Assembly (NCBI GenBank): GCA_943788175.1
Contig: CALSPG010000005.1
Span: 1 to 64,000 of the forward strand
Source: an uncultured bacterium
GTDB taxonomy: Bacteria; Fidelibacterota; Marinisomatia; Marinisomatales; UBA1611
Direction of reading: 5' to 3'
DNA length: 64,000 nt
Shown here: positions 20,605 through 30,993 of the stretch, piece by piece
Layout of the letters: the number at the start of each line of letters is the position of its first letter
Position numbering within the stretch: the first letter of the stretch is position 1
Notes under the pieces: generated by a model
The model's database searches: none
Seen by the model: the letters and a program-made list of their open reading frames with translations, nothing else
What the model was told of the DNA's origin: nothing
Translations under genes and position numbers: made by a program

Positions 20605-21968
20605 TATTTTATATCAATCAATTTTGGAGCAATACCAATGTACTCTTGCGGTGTAAGGGTAATTAATTTGTCTTTCTCTTCTTTCGGAATGTGAAGAAGT
20701 TTTACAAACTCTACTATTGTAGATTGTGTTATTTCGGTTCCCTGGGTCATGTTCTTTAGTTGTTCGTATGCATTATCAGATCCTGTTTTTCGTAAGATGG
20801 TTTGAATAGCCTCTGCTAAAACTTCCCAGTGACTATCAAGCTCTGTTTTCATTTTAGTTTTATCGACCGTTATTCTTGCTAAGCCTTTTAAAATATTTTT
20901 ATATGCAAGGTAGCTATAACCCATAGCAACGCCTTGATTTCTGAGCGTAGTACTATCCGTTAGGTCTCTTTGCATTCTAGAGATTGGTAATTTATTTGAA
21001 AGATGATCAAAGATAGCCGTAGCTAACCCCAAATTCCCCTCAGCATTTTCGAATTGAATGGGGTTTATTTTATGAGGCATTGTAGAAGACCCAACCTCTC
21101 CAGGTATTTTCTTTTGTTTTAATATGCCTCTGCTCACATAGGACCAAATATCTCGGCATAAATCTGTTAAAATATTATTGGACCTTATAATAGAATGATA
21201 GCTTTCAACAACTGAATCATGTGGCTCTATTTGTGTTGTTATGAGGTTTGGTTCAAGACCTAATGAAGAAACAAACTTCCGCGTAAATCGAAGCCAGTTT
21301 ACTGTTGGGTAAGCAATAGAATGAGCAGCCCAAGTACCAGTCGCTCCACTAAATTTTCCCAATAGAGTATGGTTTTTCATTTGAACAGACTGTCTATTCA
21401 ACCGATGAATAAATACTTTTATTTCTTTTCCAAAAGTGGTTGGAGTAGCAGATTGCCCATGAGTAAGAGAGAGCATAGGTGTATTAGCAAACTGTTTACT
21501 AATCGTTTTTAATTTTTTAATTACTTCATTTAACTTTGGTAAAAATTCTTTTTTAAATGCCTCTTGCCACATTAAAGAATATGATAAATTATTTATATCT
21601 TCAGAGGTAAGCGCAAAATGAATCCATGGGAAGATTCGCTTTTTATTTATTTTTTCTAGTTTTTCTCTAATGAAATATTCTACTGCTTTTACATCATGAT
21701 TTGTAGCAACTTCAATTGCTTTCACTCTTTTCGAATCATCAATATTAAAAGAGGTATATATTTTTCTGAGTTTTTCTTTGTCTTTTTCAGAAAAGGGCTG
21801 CAGCTCCTGAATATCTTTTTCGATAGAAAGTGCAATCAAATATTCGATTTCTACTTTAGTTCTGTATCTTATAAGAGCGTGTTCAGAAAAATAATCAGAA
21901 AGATTTTCCGTGCTTTTTGAGTATCTCCCATCAAGAGGAGATATTGCTTTTAAAGGTTCAGACACCAA
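20604..21968 (-). CDS. purB: Adenylosuccinate lyase
   Basis: ISPLDGRY, TNHDVKAVEY, GSSTMPHKINPI. Confidence 0.97.
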   Translation of the reverse strand: MVSEPLKAISPLDGRYSKSTENLSDYFSEHALIRYRTKVEIEYLIALSIEKDIQELQPFSEKDKEKLRKIYTSFNIDDSKRVKAIEVATNHDVKAVEYFIREKLEKINKKRIFPWIHFALTSEDINNLSYSLMWQEAFKKEFLPKLNEVIKKLKTISKQFANTPMLSLTHGQSATPTTFGKEIKVFIHRLNRQSVQMKNHTLLGKFSGATGTWAAHSIAYPTVNWLRFTRKFVSSLGLEPNLITTQIEPHDSVVESYHSIIRSNNILTDLCRDIWSYVSRGILKQKKIPGEVGSSTMPHKINPIQFENAEGNLGLATAIFDHLSNKLPISRMQRDLTDSTTLRNQGVAMGYSYLAYKNILKGLARITVDKTKMKTELDSHWEVLAEAIQTILRKTGSDNAYEQLKNMTQGTEITQSTIVEFVKLLHIPKEEKDKLITLTPQEYIGIAPKLIDIK

Positions 21969-22344
21969 ATATTCTTTTGACAGCTAGCGCGCAGTTTCCT
22001 GGGTCTACAACTGTCAATACTGGTGTTTGGCTTGGCATTTGGAGTGTGGAATGAATATTAACTAACATATCAGCCTTATCAGAGAATGGTGGACATCCTA
22101 TGGTTGGAAACTCAGAGTTTGCAGCCACGAACCCAGATAAAGCATTAGATCGTCCAGCTATTGTAACATAGACAATGTTTTTATTTTTTTTATTATTTTC
22201 AAGTATTTCTAATACTTTTAATGGTTGCTTATGCGCAGAAGCTGCATGTTGTTCCCATGGAATATTGTATTCATCTAATTTGTCAGTGATTTTTTTTGCG
22301 TGAGGCTCATCAGATGTGGAGCCCATAATTAAAATAGTTCTCAT
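21958..22344 (-). CDS. purE: AIR carboxylase, class II-type PurE
   Basis: MGSTSD, SAHK, IAGRSNALSG, STLQMPS. Confidence 0.9.
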   Translation of the reverse strand: MRTILIMGSTSDEPHAKKITDKLDEYNIPWEQHAASAHKQPLKVLEILENNKKNKNIVYVTIAGRSNALSGFVAANSEFPTIGCPPFSDKADMLVNIHSTLQMPSQTPVLTVVDPGNCALAVKRIFGV

Positions 22345-23330
22345 TTAATGTGGTCTTTCAGGTTTTCTTTTATTCGTTCTGTTATTGCTTTACCTTTGTC
22401 GGGAAAAGGGAAAATACTTCCAGTTATTGTCTCGTATAAATAAATATATCTACTAGATAATTCAACAACTAATTCATCTGGCGCTGGAGGTAATATTTTA
22501 TCATTGTATGGATCGCAATTATCTACAAACCACAATCTAAGGAATTCTTTATCAATATTTTGAGGTTCTTTATTATCAGCGATAAGACCTTCGTAACTAT
22601 CACCTATCCAATAGCGGCTGCTATCGGGAGTATGAATTTCATCAATAAGAAGAATATTACCATCCTTATCTTTACCCATTTCGTACTTTGTATCTACTAA
22701 AATCATTCCATGCTGCGCTGCTTTTTTTTGGCCAAACTCAAAAAGTTCTAATGCTTTTTTACTACAATAATCCCAGTCCTGTTGAGTCATCCATTTTTCA
22801 TTTACAATATCAATAGGAGAAATTGGGCGGTCATGGTCTTCTTCTTTTGTCGTTGGAGTTAGCATGTTTTCTTCAAGTTTTTGATTTTTCATTAATCCTT
22901 CTGGAAGAATGTTACCACAATATTCACGATCTCCATTATTATATACTGTCCATAGAGATGTGCTTGTACTACCTGTTATGAAACCCCGAACAACAAATTC
23001 AATTGGAAAAACCTCGCACTTTTTTGCGATTATAACATTGGGATCAGCAACGTTTAAAATGTGATTATCAATAATGTGTTTTGTCTCTTTAAACCACCAC
23101 GCACTTGCTAGGTTTAAAACCTGACCTTTAAAAGGAATCGCTGCAAGAACCCGGTCAAAAGCACTCTGCCTATCTGTGGTTATTAACGCAAGGTTATCTC
23201 CAAGGTCATATTGGTCTCGGACTTTGCCTTTTCTTTTTGGTATAGAACCTAAATCTGTTTCGGTCAGAGTATTATTAAGCTCGGCCGAGATACGGTCTTT
23301 ATATTGATTAACTGATTCTAAAACATTCAT
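22341..23330 (-). CDS. purC: SAICAR synthetase (long type)
   Basis: GKVRD, TDRQSAFD, DTKYE, DEIHTPDSSRYW. Confidence 0.96.
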   Translation of the reverse strand: MNVLESVNQYKDRISAELNNTLTETDLGSIPKRKGKVRDQYDLGDNLALITTDRQSAFDRVLAAIPFKGQVLNLASAWWFKETKHIIDNHILNVADPNVIIAKKCEVFPIEFVVRGFITGSTSTSLWTVYNNGDREYCGNILPEGLMKNQKLEENMLTPTTKEEDHDRPISPIDIVNEKWMTQQDWDYCSKKALELFEFGQKKAAQHGMILVDTKYEMGKDKDGNILLIDEIHTPDSSRYWIGDSYEGLIADNKEPQNIDKEFLRLWFVDNCDPYNDKILPPAPDELVVELSSRYIYLYETITGSIFPFPDKGKAITERIKENLKDHIK

Positions 23331-24567
23331 GCGATAATGGGTTGTGTAGTATGTTTGTATCTAAAATGTTATCTAAAATAGATTCAAACTTAGCATTTTT
23401 TATAGTGATGTTCCATACTACACCGCGTTTTAATTCCAATAAATTTTTAATCTTAAATCTTCTTGTTAATGAATCAAATTTTTTCTGACAAAAAACATCT
23501 TCTTTTTGACGGATTAGTAATGAGTGAGTTTCTTTAGTCGCTGGAACCTCGCTTAAATACTCTTTATTCGAATTAAATAATTCACCAGTGTTTTCAATTA
23601 GCTTTAAAATATCCTCAGCATTTTCTGAATGAGTAATTTCCCAATGTTGCTGTTTTGTAACTAAAACTTCAAAACCTTTCTTCTGTAATGCATTTTGAAC
23701 CGTAATGGCTTCATTGTCTGTTATGACTAAGTCAACAATCCATGTTTTTGAATTTTTATTTTTTATGTAATGACTAAACTTTTCCTTACTATCTTGATAA
23801 GAAAGTTCCACTTTATCAAAGTGAATTTCTTTTTCAATGTATTCTTTCATCGAAGAAAATAATTTATCACCATATGAGGTTCGTTCTGGGTGTGGCATCA
23901 TTGCAAGTAGATTGCCAGAAGTATTTGATATAGCAGCAAGATTATAATCTGATCCATTTGGGTTAATTGGAAATTCATTTGATACTTTGCCATCTGAATC
24001 ACAATATCTAAAAACAGTTTGTCCATTTTGTATTAATTCATTTAATAATATTTTTGGTATAATAAATCGGCCCTCTGCATGAGCGAATGGGATATTTAAT
24101 ATTTCTTTTTCATCAAGATGTATAGTAAATGCATTGTTTTTTTTTGGCACTGAAAGCTTAAGGTTGGCCCAATCGTTAAAATAACCTGTTCCAATTATTT
24201 GACCGGACACGATTCTTTTATTATCTGCGAGTGCTACAGTTGTTTGATTATTTAGTCCACCTGGGACTAATCCGGACTCAACTAAAATTTGAGCACCATT
24301 GCATATTCCAAGTATTGGTTTCCCTTGTTCGGATTCATTTTTTAAAACATCCATTATTGGTTCAAGAGATGCTATTACACCCGCTCTAGACCTATCTTCA
24401 AATGAAAACCCACCAGATATTATATAGCCATGGCATCGTTGTATTGATTTTAAGCCTGAGTTCCACAGGATTTCAATTGGATGCATTCCTGCTCGCTTAA
24501 CAGCAAGGTATGTTTCCCTTTCTGTATTAGACCCGGGGAACTGAACAACGCCAATATTTATTTTCAT
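23308..24567 (-). CDS. purQ: FGAM synthase glutaminase PurQ with a ~150-aa C-terminal extension of two PurS-like repeats
   Basis: FPGSN, GGFS, GICNG, AHAEG, MMPHPER. Tail repeats end LFNSNKE and ILHNPLSH. Confidence 0.9.
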   Translation of the reverse strand: MKINIGVVQFPGSNTERETYLAVKRAGMHPIEILWNSGLKSIQRCHGYIISGGFSFEDRSRAGVIASLEPIMDVLKNESEQGKPILGICNGAQILVESGLVPGGLNNQTTVALADNKRIVSGQIIGTGYFNDWANLKLSVPKKNNAFTIHLDEKEILNIPFAHAEGRFIIPKILLNELIQNGQTVFRYCDSDGKVSNEFPINPNGSDYNLAAISNTSGNLLAMMPHPERTSYGDKLFSSMKEYIEKEIHFDKVELSYQDSKEKFSHYIKNKNSKTWIVDLVITDNEAITVQNALQKKGFEVLVTKQQHWEITHSENAEDILKLIENTGELFNSNKEYLSEVPATKETHSLLIRQKEDVFCQKKFDSLTRRFKIKNLLELKRGVVWNITIKNAKFESILDNILDTNILHNPLSHECFRIS

Positions 24568-24706
24568 ATACCTTAATTACAATAAATCGGTTTAGAAAGA
24601 AGGCTAAACTTAGTAATACAATATCTATGTAAAAATAAAAGTGTAAAACTAAACCAACAATGTTGAATATTTGTTTTTATTAGTAAATTTTAGACGCAAT
24701 AAATTT

Positions 24707-25540
24707 ATGATTATATATAACAGAACAAAGTATAAAGAGCTTTCCCTAAGAAGTTATCAAAAAGAGAAAAGAAGGCTTCAAATTGAACTTTTAAAATTAC
24801 AAGAGTGGGTTATACAGTCTGAAAAAAGACTCGCTATTGTCTTTGAAGGCAGAGATGCAGCGGGGAAGGGAGCAACTATTAAAAGGTTTATTGAAAACCT
24901 TATTCCTAAAACAAAAAGAGTTGTTGAGTTAGGTGTGCCGACTGCCAATCAAAACAAAATGTGGTTTAAAACATATGATAAGCTTTTACCTCAAAAAGGC
25001 GAAATTGTATTTTTTGACAGGTCATGGTATACAAGAGGCCTTATTCAACCTGCAATGGGGTACTGTACAGATAGGCAATATAATTACTTTATGAAAAAAG
25101 TTAATGATTGGGAGAAAAAGCATATTACTGATGGTCTTCTATTAATAAAATTTTACCTTTCTGTATCAAAAGAAAATCAGAAGCAACGATTTGCATTCAG
25201 GCAAAACAGCCCACTTAAATACTGGAAGCTAAGTGCAAATGATTTAAAAGCTGCAAAAGAATGGGATTTATTTACTCATTATAAAGAACAAGTTTTTACT
25301 AATAGTGAACCAAACAATAACCCGTGGGTAGTTATTAATTCTGATAATAAAATGATAGCTAGGTTAAATGCTATGAGGTATGTTTTATCTAATTATGATT
25401 ATGAAGGAAAAAAAGCACTTAAAGATAAAAAATGGACAAAAGAGATTGAAGAATATGATATAGTTTTGGATGGAGTAAAATTTAAAAACTTAACAAAAGA
25501 GCAATATGAACTTCTTTATAAATTAAAAGGAAGCACTTAA
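24707..25540 (+). CDS. ppk2: Polyphosphate kinase 2
   Basis: FEGRDAAGKG, FDRSWY, WKLS. Confidence 0.93.
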   Translation: MIIYNRTKYKELSLRSYQKEKRRLQIELLKLQEWVIQSEKRLAIVFEGRDAAGKGATIKRFIENLIPKTKRVVELGVPTANQNKMWFKTYDKLLPQKGEIVFFDRSWYTRGLIQPAMGYCTDRQYNYFMKKVNDWEKKHITDGLLLIKFYLSVSKENQKQRFAFRQNSPLKYWKLSANDLKAAKEWDLFTHYKEQVFTNSEPNNNPWVVINSDNKMIARLNAMRYVLSNYDYEGKKALKDKKWTKEIEEYDIVLDGVKFKNLTKEQYELLYKLKGST

Positions 25541-25993
25541 TTGTCTTATCAAATAAAAGCAGCTGGCGGTGTAGTCATAGATCAGGGTAAAATTCTTTTC
25601 ATTAAGAAAAACGGGCGATGGGAGTTTCCAAAAGGGAGATTAAAAAAAGATTCAAAAAAAAAGAATACAGCAATCAGAGAGATATGTGAAGAGACGGGAA
25701 TACAAAAAAAATATCTTACAATAATTAAAACATTAATTCCAACGCATAACAACATAAAGATTAATGGAAGATCGGGAGTTAAAAAAACCTTTTGGTTCTT
25801 GGTTAAATTTTCAGGTGACGAAAAGACAAAGCTTTCTCCTGAAAAAAGAGAAGGCATAACAAAGTGTAAGTGGTTAACAATTAATGAGGTTTCATCAAAG
25901 ATAAAAAACAGTCGCCCGCTGGTTCATTATTTATGGGAATATGTGTTAAATGATCCACATTTTATAAAACATTTAAAAGTTGGTAAAATATAA
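25541..25993 (+). CDS. NUDIX hydrolase (Ap4A hydrolase-like)
   Basis: AAGGVV, WEFPKG, AIREICEETGI. Confidence 0.88.
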   Translation: MSYQIKAAGGVVIDQGKILFIKKNGRWEFPKGRLKKDSKKKNTAIREICEETGIQKKYLTIIKTLIPTHNNIKINGRSGVKKTFWFLVKFSGDEKTKLSPEKREGITKCKWLTINEVSSKIKNSRPLVHYLWEYVLNDPHFIKHLKVGKI

Positions 25994-26022
25994 TTTTCTT
26001 TCCACTCTTTAATCTTTTCTAG

Positions 26023-27888
26023 TTATTGCAGTTCTTTATTTATTAGCTCTTTTTCTTCCATGAGAGAAAAATACTCATTTTCTAATTCATTAACTTCATT
26101 GAGATTGTTCTTTAATAACTCATGATTGCTAGTATTTTCAGGATTATTTATTATTATTTGTAATTCATTAATACTTTCTTCAATTTTAAAAAATCTTTTT
26201 TCTATCCAATTAATTCTATTTCTAATTTTTTTAGCATCTTTATAGTTATTTTTATTTTTCTTTTGATTATTTACTTTTAATGAAATCTTATCTTTATTTT
26301 TATTTTTCCATTCGTAATAATCATAATTCCCATTAAAAGTTATCACGGTGCCATTACCTACTTCACAGGTCATGTTTGTTACTTCATTTAAAAAATGTCT
26401 ATCATGTGAAATACAGACAATTGAACCTTTAAAAAGTGACAGACTCTTTCCTAAAATTTTTCGGCTGACCATATCTAAGTGGTTTGTAGGCTCATCTAAT
26501 AAAATTAAATGAGAAGGGACAACCAGCATTCTAGCAAGGGCTAACCTTGCTTTTTCACCCCCAGAAAGGACTTTTACTAATTTTTCTATTTCGTCACCAG
26601 TAAACATGAAACTCCCTAAATATGTTCTTGAATCTGTTTCACTCCATCCTTTTGTAACTTTTCTGAATGAATCATAAACTGTTTCATTTGGATCTAAAAT
26701 TTCTAATTGGTGTTGAGCATAATATCCTTTAGTAATATTTTCTCCAAACTGAATAGATCCATTCGTTGATTTCTCAACTCCGGCTAACATTTTTAATAAG
26801 GTTGATTTCCCGGCACCATTGTGACCAACTAATCCAATTTTTTGACCCCTTTCAACTTCGAAATCGAGACCATTAAAGACTTCTATATTTCCGTAATGTT
26901 TTTTTATATTTACACAGCTTGCTATTTTTAGCGGTGATCTCATTGGTTCTGGAATGATTAAATTAATTTTCGATTTATCTTCAGTTGGAATTTCAACTTT
27001 TTTCATTTTATTTAATTTTTTTACACGGCTCTGTACTTGTGTGGCTTTTGTGTTCTTCGATCTAAATCTTTCAATAAATCTTTCTGTATTTTTTATTTCT
27101 TTTTGTTGATTTTTATAAGCGTTTCTGTGCAGATCTAGCCTTATTTTTTTTTCATTTATGTAATCAGAATAATTACCCTGGTATAGAGTAATATGTTTTA
27201 GATCTATTTCAATGATTTGATTAACTGAACGATCAAGAAAAGTCCGGTCATGGCTAATAATAATCATAGAACCTTTCCAGCTAGTTAAGAAGGTTTCTAA
27301 CCAAATTGCAGCATCTAGATCTAAATGATTAGTCGGCTCATCAAGGAAGAGAATATCTGGCCCTTTTAATAAGATAGCTGCTAAAGCAACTCTCATTCTC
27401 CAGCCACCTGAAAATGATTCGAGCGGCTCATTAAAGCTTTCTTTTTTAAACCCTAACCCACTTAATATTGTTTCTCCTTTATTTTTTAGTTCCCAACCGT
27501 CGAGAGAATCGAACTTATTTTGATATTCACCTAGTTTTTTAACAAGAATCATATTGTTGGGATCATTTTTTATCTTTTTTGAAAGACTGTTTATTTTCTC
27601 TTCAGTTTCAATAGCCTCAGGGATAGAAGTTAAAACTTCCTCCAAAATCGATTTACCAGAGCCTGCTATAATTTCTTGTTCTAAATACCCTATTGTGATA
27701 TTTTTTTCTTTTTTGATGTTTCCAGAGTCGGTGCTTTCCTTACCTAGCATCATCTTTAGGAGTGTTGTTTTCCCCGATCCATTTTGTCCCACTAGACCGG
27801 CTCGCACACCTCTTTGAAGTGAAATGTTCACATTAGAGAACAGGGTCCCATCCGGGTAAGATTTTGAAATATTTTCAAGTTGGATCAT
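26023..27888 (-). CDS. ABC-F family ATP-binding protein
   Basis: Two ABC domains (GQNGSGKT, GHNGAGKS; LDEPTNHLD twice) and no TM segments. Confidence 0.95.
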   Translation of the reverse strand: MIQLENISKSYPDGTLFSNVNISLQRGVRAGLVGQNGSGKTTLLKMMLGKESTDSGNIKKEKNITIGYLEQEIIAGSGKSILEEVLTSIPEAIETEEKINSLSKKIKNDPNNMILVKKLGEYQNKFDSLDGWELKNKGETILSGLGFKKESFNEPLESFSGGWRMRVALAAILLKGPDILFLDEPTNHLDLDAAIWLETFLTSWKGSMIIISHDRTFLDRSVNQIIEIDLKHITLYQGNYSDYINEKKIRLDLHRNAYKNQQKEIKNTERFIERFRSKNTKATQVQSRVKKLNKMKKVEIPTEDKSKINLIIPEPMRSPLKIASCVNIKKHYGNIEVFNGLDFEVERGQKIGLVGHNGAGKSTLLKMLAGVEKSTNGSIQFGENITKGYYAQHQLEILDPNETVYDSFRKVTKGWSETDSRTYLGSFMFTGDEIEKLVKVLSGGEKARLALARMLVVPSHLILLDEPTNHLDMVSRKILGKSLSLFKGSIVCISHDRHFLNEVTNMTCEVGNGTVITFNGNYDYYEWKNKNKDKISLKVNNQKKNKNNYKDAKKIRNRINWIEKRFFKIEESINELQIIINNPENTSNHELLKNNLNEVNELENEYFSLMEEKELINKELQ

Positions 27889-28001
27889 TTTTTTATAGTG
27901 TACAGCATCTGCAGAGAGCCATCATATATTTTATTGAACGAATTAAGGATATTTCATCTTAAGCAAGGGCTGATATAATGTTTTAACTAGGTATAAAAAT
28001 T

Positions 28002-29902
28002 TTATTTTGATCTTGAGTTGCTATAGAACCACCATACAGTTCCAATTGCAGAAAAGAAAGTAAGAGTTGTTACAACATTTGGATCAAGCCCAAGACTTAA
28101 ATTTTGAATACCAGCGCTTGCGAGAAGTGCTAAAATAATGCCCATTAAAGATTCACCAGCTATGAGCCCAGATGCAAGAAGAACGCCACCTTGTAAAACA
28201 TTATCCGGGTTTTTTTCTGAATCGTTTTCAGCAAGAATAAAATGAGCGATGAGTCCGCCAATAAGGATAGGGGTGGACAGTCCAAATGGTAAATAAATTC
28301 CTACAGCAACTGGCATTAGATGTAATCGAAAAGTGCTGTTTTTAGATTCTAAAAATGAATCACCTATGAGGAGTATAACGCCTAATACTGATCCAATAGC
28401 AACCATACCCCAAGGTAAAATCTCCATCGCCAAAAAAACCATTAGCAAGACTCGCAAACAGACCTGCTTGCGGAGCAGCTAATTCTCTACCACCTATTCC
28501 TCCTGGGGTATTTTCATGTAGTAATTGCATTATTGGAGCCATTACCAAGGAAGCAACAGCAACGCCAGCTATTTGCATTATTTGTTGTCTGTATGGACTG
28601 GCGCCAACAATTTGACCAGTTTTTAAGTCATTACAAACATCGCCCGAGGTGCAAGCTGCGCAGCATACGATTGCCGCGACTCCAAGAGTTGCAACCATAC
28701 CTTCCGTACCAGAAAAGCCAAAAACATAAAGCATTCCCCCTGTGAACAGTACTGCTGTTATTGTCATCCCAGAGACAGGGCGAATTAGAATTCCCAACTA
28801 GACCAACAATATATGAAGCTACTGCGGTAAAAAAGAAGGCCATTATTATCATGATAACAGTAGTAATAGCGGTAATAGCAATATTTTTTGTTATATAATA
28901 GTATACGCCAGCAACAAGTATAATAGCAATTCCCGAAAAAATATTAATAGCTTTTGCTGGAATATCTCGTTGATTCAGTGGTATGTTTTTTTGTTTATTT
29001 CCTATCTGGCTATCTCTCAAAACCTTAATTGCGTCCACCAAACCTTTTCTAACTTTAAAAATAGATGAAATACCCCCAACGACCATTGCACCTACTCCAA
29101 TATATCGTATTTTTGTTGACCAAAGGGTCCAGGCTCCCTCAACGGGGTCTGCGGCATGCTCTATTCCATGACCCAAAAGTGGAATTCCAACAAGCCATCC
29201 AATTACCCCTCCAATGAAAATAAGTACTGCAACATTTAATCTTACAATAAATCCAACAGCTAGTAAAGCAGGTGAGATGTCTGCGCCGAAGAAAAATATT
29301 CTATTTCCGCTCAAAAAAGCATTTTCAAGATTTCCTTTTAATATACCCGCAAACGAGATAAGCCCTTTAAAAGCGCCACCTAAAAGTGCCCCTTTAACTA
29401 CTGACATCGCATTGTTAGATTCGCTTTTTTCTTGACCTGCTTCTAGAACAGATGCGCAAGCTACTCCTTCAGGATATTGTAAGTTGTCTTCATTAGAAAC
29501 AATGAATACTTGCCTCATCGGGATCATAAATAAAATACCTAATAATCCGCCTGTAAAAGCAATGACTGTCGTTAGTAGCATATCAAATTCTTTCCAAACA
29601 CCAATTAAAATTAACGCAGGCATTGTAAAAATAATTCCTGCTGCAAGCGACTCTCCCGCTGATGCTGCTGTTTGGATTTGATTTGCTTCTAAAATTGAAC
29701 CGCCGAGTGATTGCCCTTTTAGATTTCTAGCGGCCCTAAGAATTAGCATACCCACGACGGCTGCAGGAATCGATGCTGAAACTGTCATACCAGCTTTTAA
29801 ACCAAGATATACATTTGCTGATCCCATTACGACAGAAAGCATTAACCCGATAACAATTACTTTAATGTTTAGCTCAGGTACTTCAATTGATTTATTTGAC
29901 AT
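28002..29902 (-). CDS. OPT family oligopeptide transporter, two frameshifts
   Basis: YLGLKAGMTVSASIPAAV, QTAASAGES, YPEGVACA, DLKTG, APQA, ASGLIAGES across three ORFs. Confidence 0.92.
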
Positions 29903-29949
29903 AATAATGCTTTCTCCTAAAATTTTAGATTAAATCTAAGAAATGGTTG

Positions 29950-30993
29950 TTATATATAAGTTACAATATTATTACCCTTAATAACTTTTCCTATTTCATA
30001 TACCGGGGTTATAGTATTTAGAATTTTTGAAATACTCTTTGATGATTTTTGATTAACAATAAAGACCATTCCAATCCCCATATTGAAGGCTCTATACATT
30101 TCTCCATTATCAATATTCCCAAGCTCTTTTAATGTTTCAAAAATTGGGAGACTCGGCCATGAACCTACATTAATATTAACAGCACAATTTTTCGGAAGTA
30201 TGCGTGGAATGTTTTCTGTTAAACCACCTCCTGTAATGTGAGCTATCCCTTTTATTTCAACGCCCATATCTAAAGTTTTAAAAACATGATTGGTGTAATT
30301 AATATGTGGTTTTAATAAAGTATCACCAATCGTACCCCCAAGCGTTTCTAAATGTGTTTTAACATCATATTTTTTACTATCAAAAAAAACTTTTCTCGCT
30401 AACGAATAGCCATTTGTATGTAGGCCATTTGATGGTAGACCAATAAGAATATCTCCTTCAGATATTTTAGCACCTGTAATTATTTTATTTTTATCAACAA
30501 CCCCAGTTATTATTCCAACAAGATCATGTTCTCCAGGAAGGTAAGTGTCTGGCATTTCTGCTGTCTCGCCTCCAACAAGTGACACACCTGTTTCCTTGCA
30601 TGCCTTCGCCATACCCTCAACTAGTTCAGATACAATTTCAGGATTTAACTTATCATTAGCTATATAGTCTAGAAAGGTTAGGGGTTTTGCTCCCATCACT
30701 AAAATATCGTTTGCACAAGCGCTAACTAGATCTATCCCGATAGTATTAAATTTTTTCATTTTTCGCGCAATGATTGTTTTTGTTCCGACACCATCGATGC
30801 TCTGAACCATAACCGGATCTTCGTAATCTGAAATAATATTTTTTAAACTAAAAAGAGATCCAAAACTTCCGATACCTGTAAGGACATCTTTTGAATGGGT
30901 GTTTTTAACTTTTTCTTTAATTAGTTCTACAGCTTTGTTTCCGGCATCAATGTCAACTCCGGCTGATTTGTAATCTATTTTATTTTCAGGCAT
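29950..30993 (-). CDS. purM: AIR synthetase
   Basis: YKSAGVDIDAG, DGVGTK, GGETAEMP, HITGGG. Confidence 0.97.
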   Translation of the reverse strand: MPENKIDYKSAGVDIDAGNKAVELIKEKVKNTHSKDVLTGIGSFGSLFSLKNIISDYEDPVMVQSIDGVGTKTIIARKMKKFNTIGIDLVSACANDILVMGAKPLTFLDYIANDKLNPEIVSELVEGMAKACKETGVSLVGGETAEMPDTYLPGEHDLVGIITGVVDKNKIITGAKISEGDILIGLPSNGLHTNGYSLARKVFFDSKKYDVKTHLETLGGTIGDTLLKPHINYTNHVFKTLDMGVEIKGIAHITGGGLTENIPRILPKNCAVNINVGSWPSLPIFETLKELGNIDNGEMYRAFNMGIGMVFIVNQKSSKSISKILNTITPVYEIGKVIKGNNIVTYI

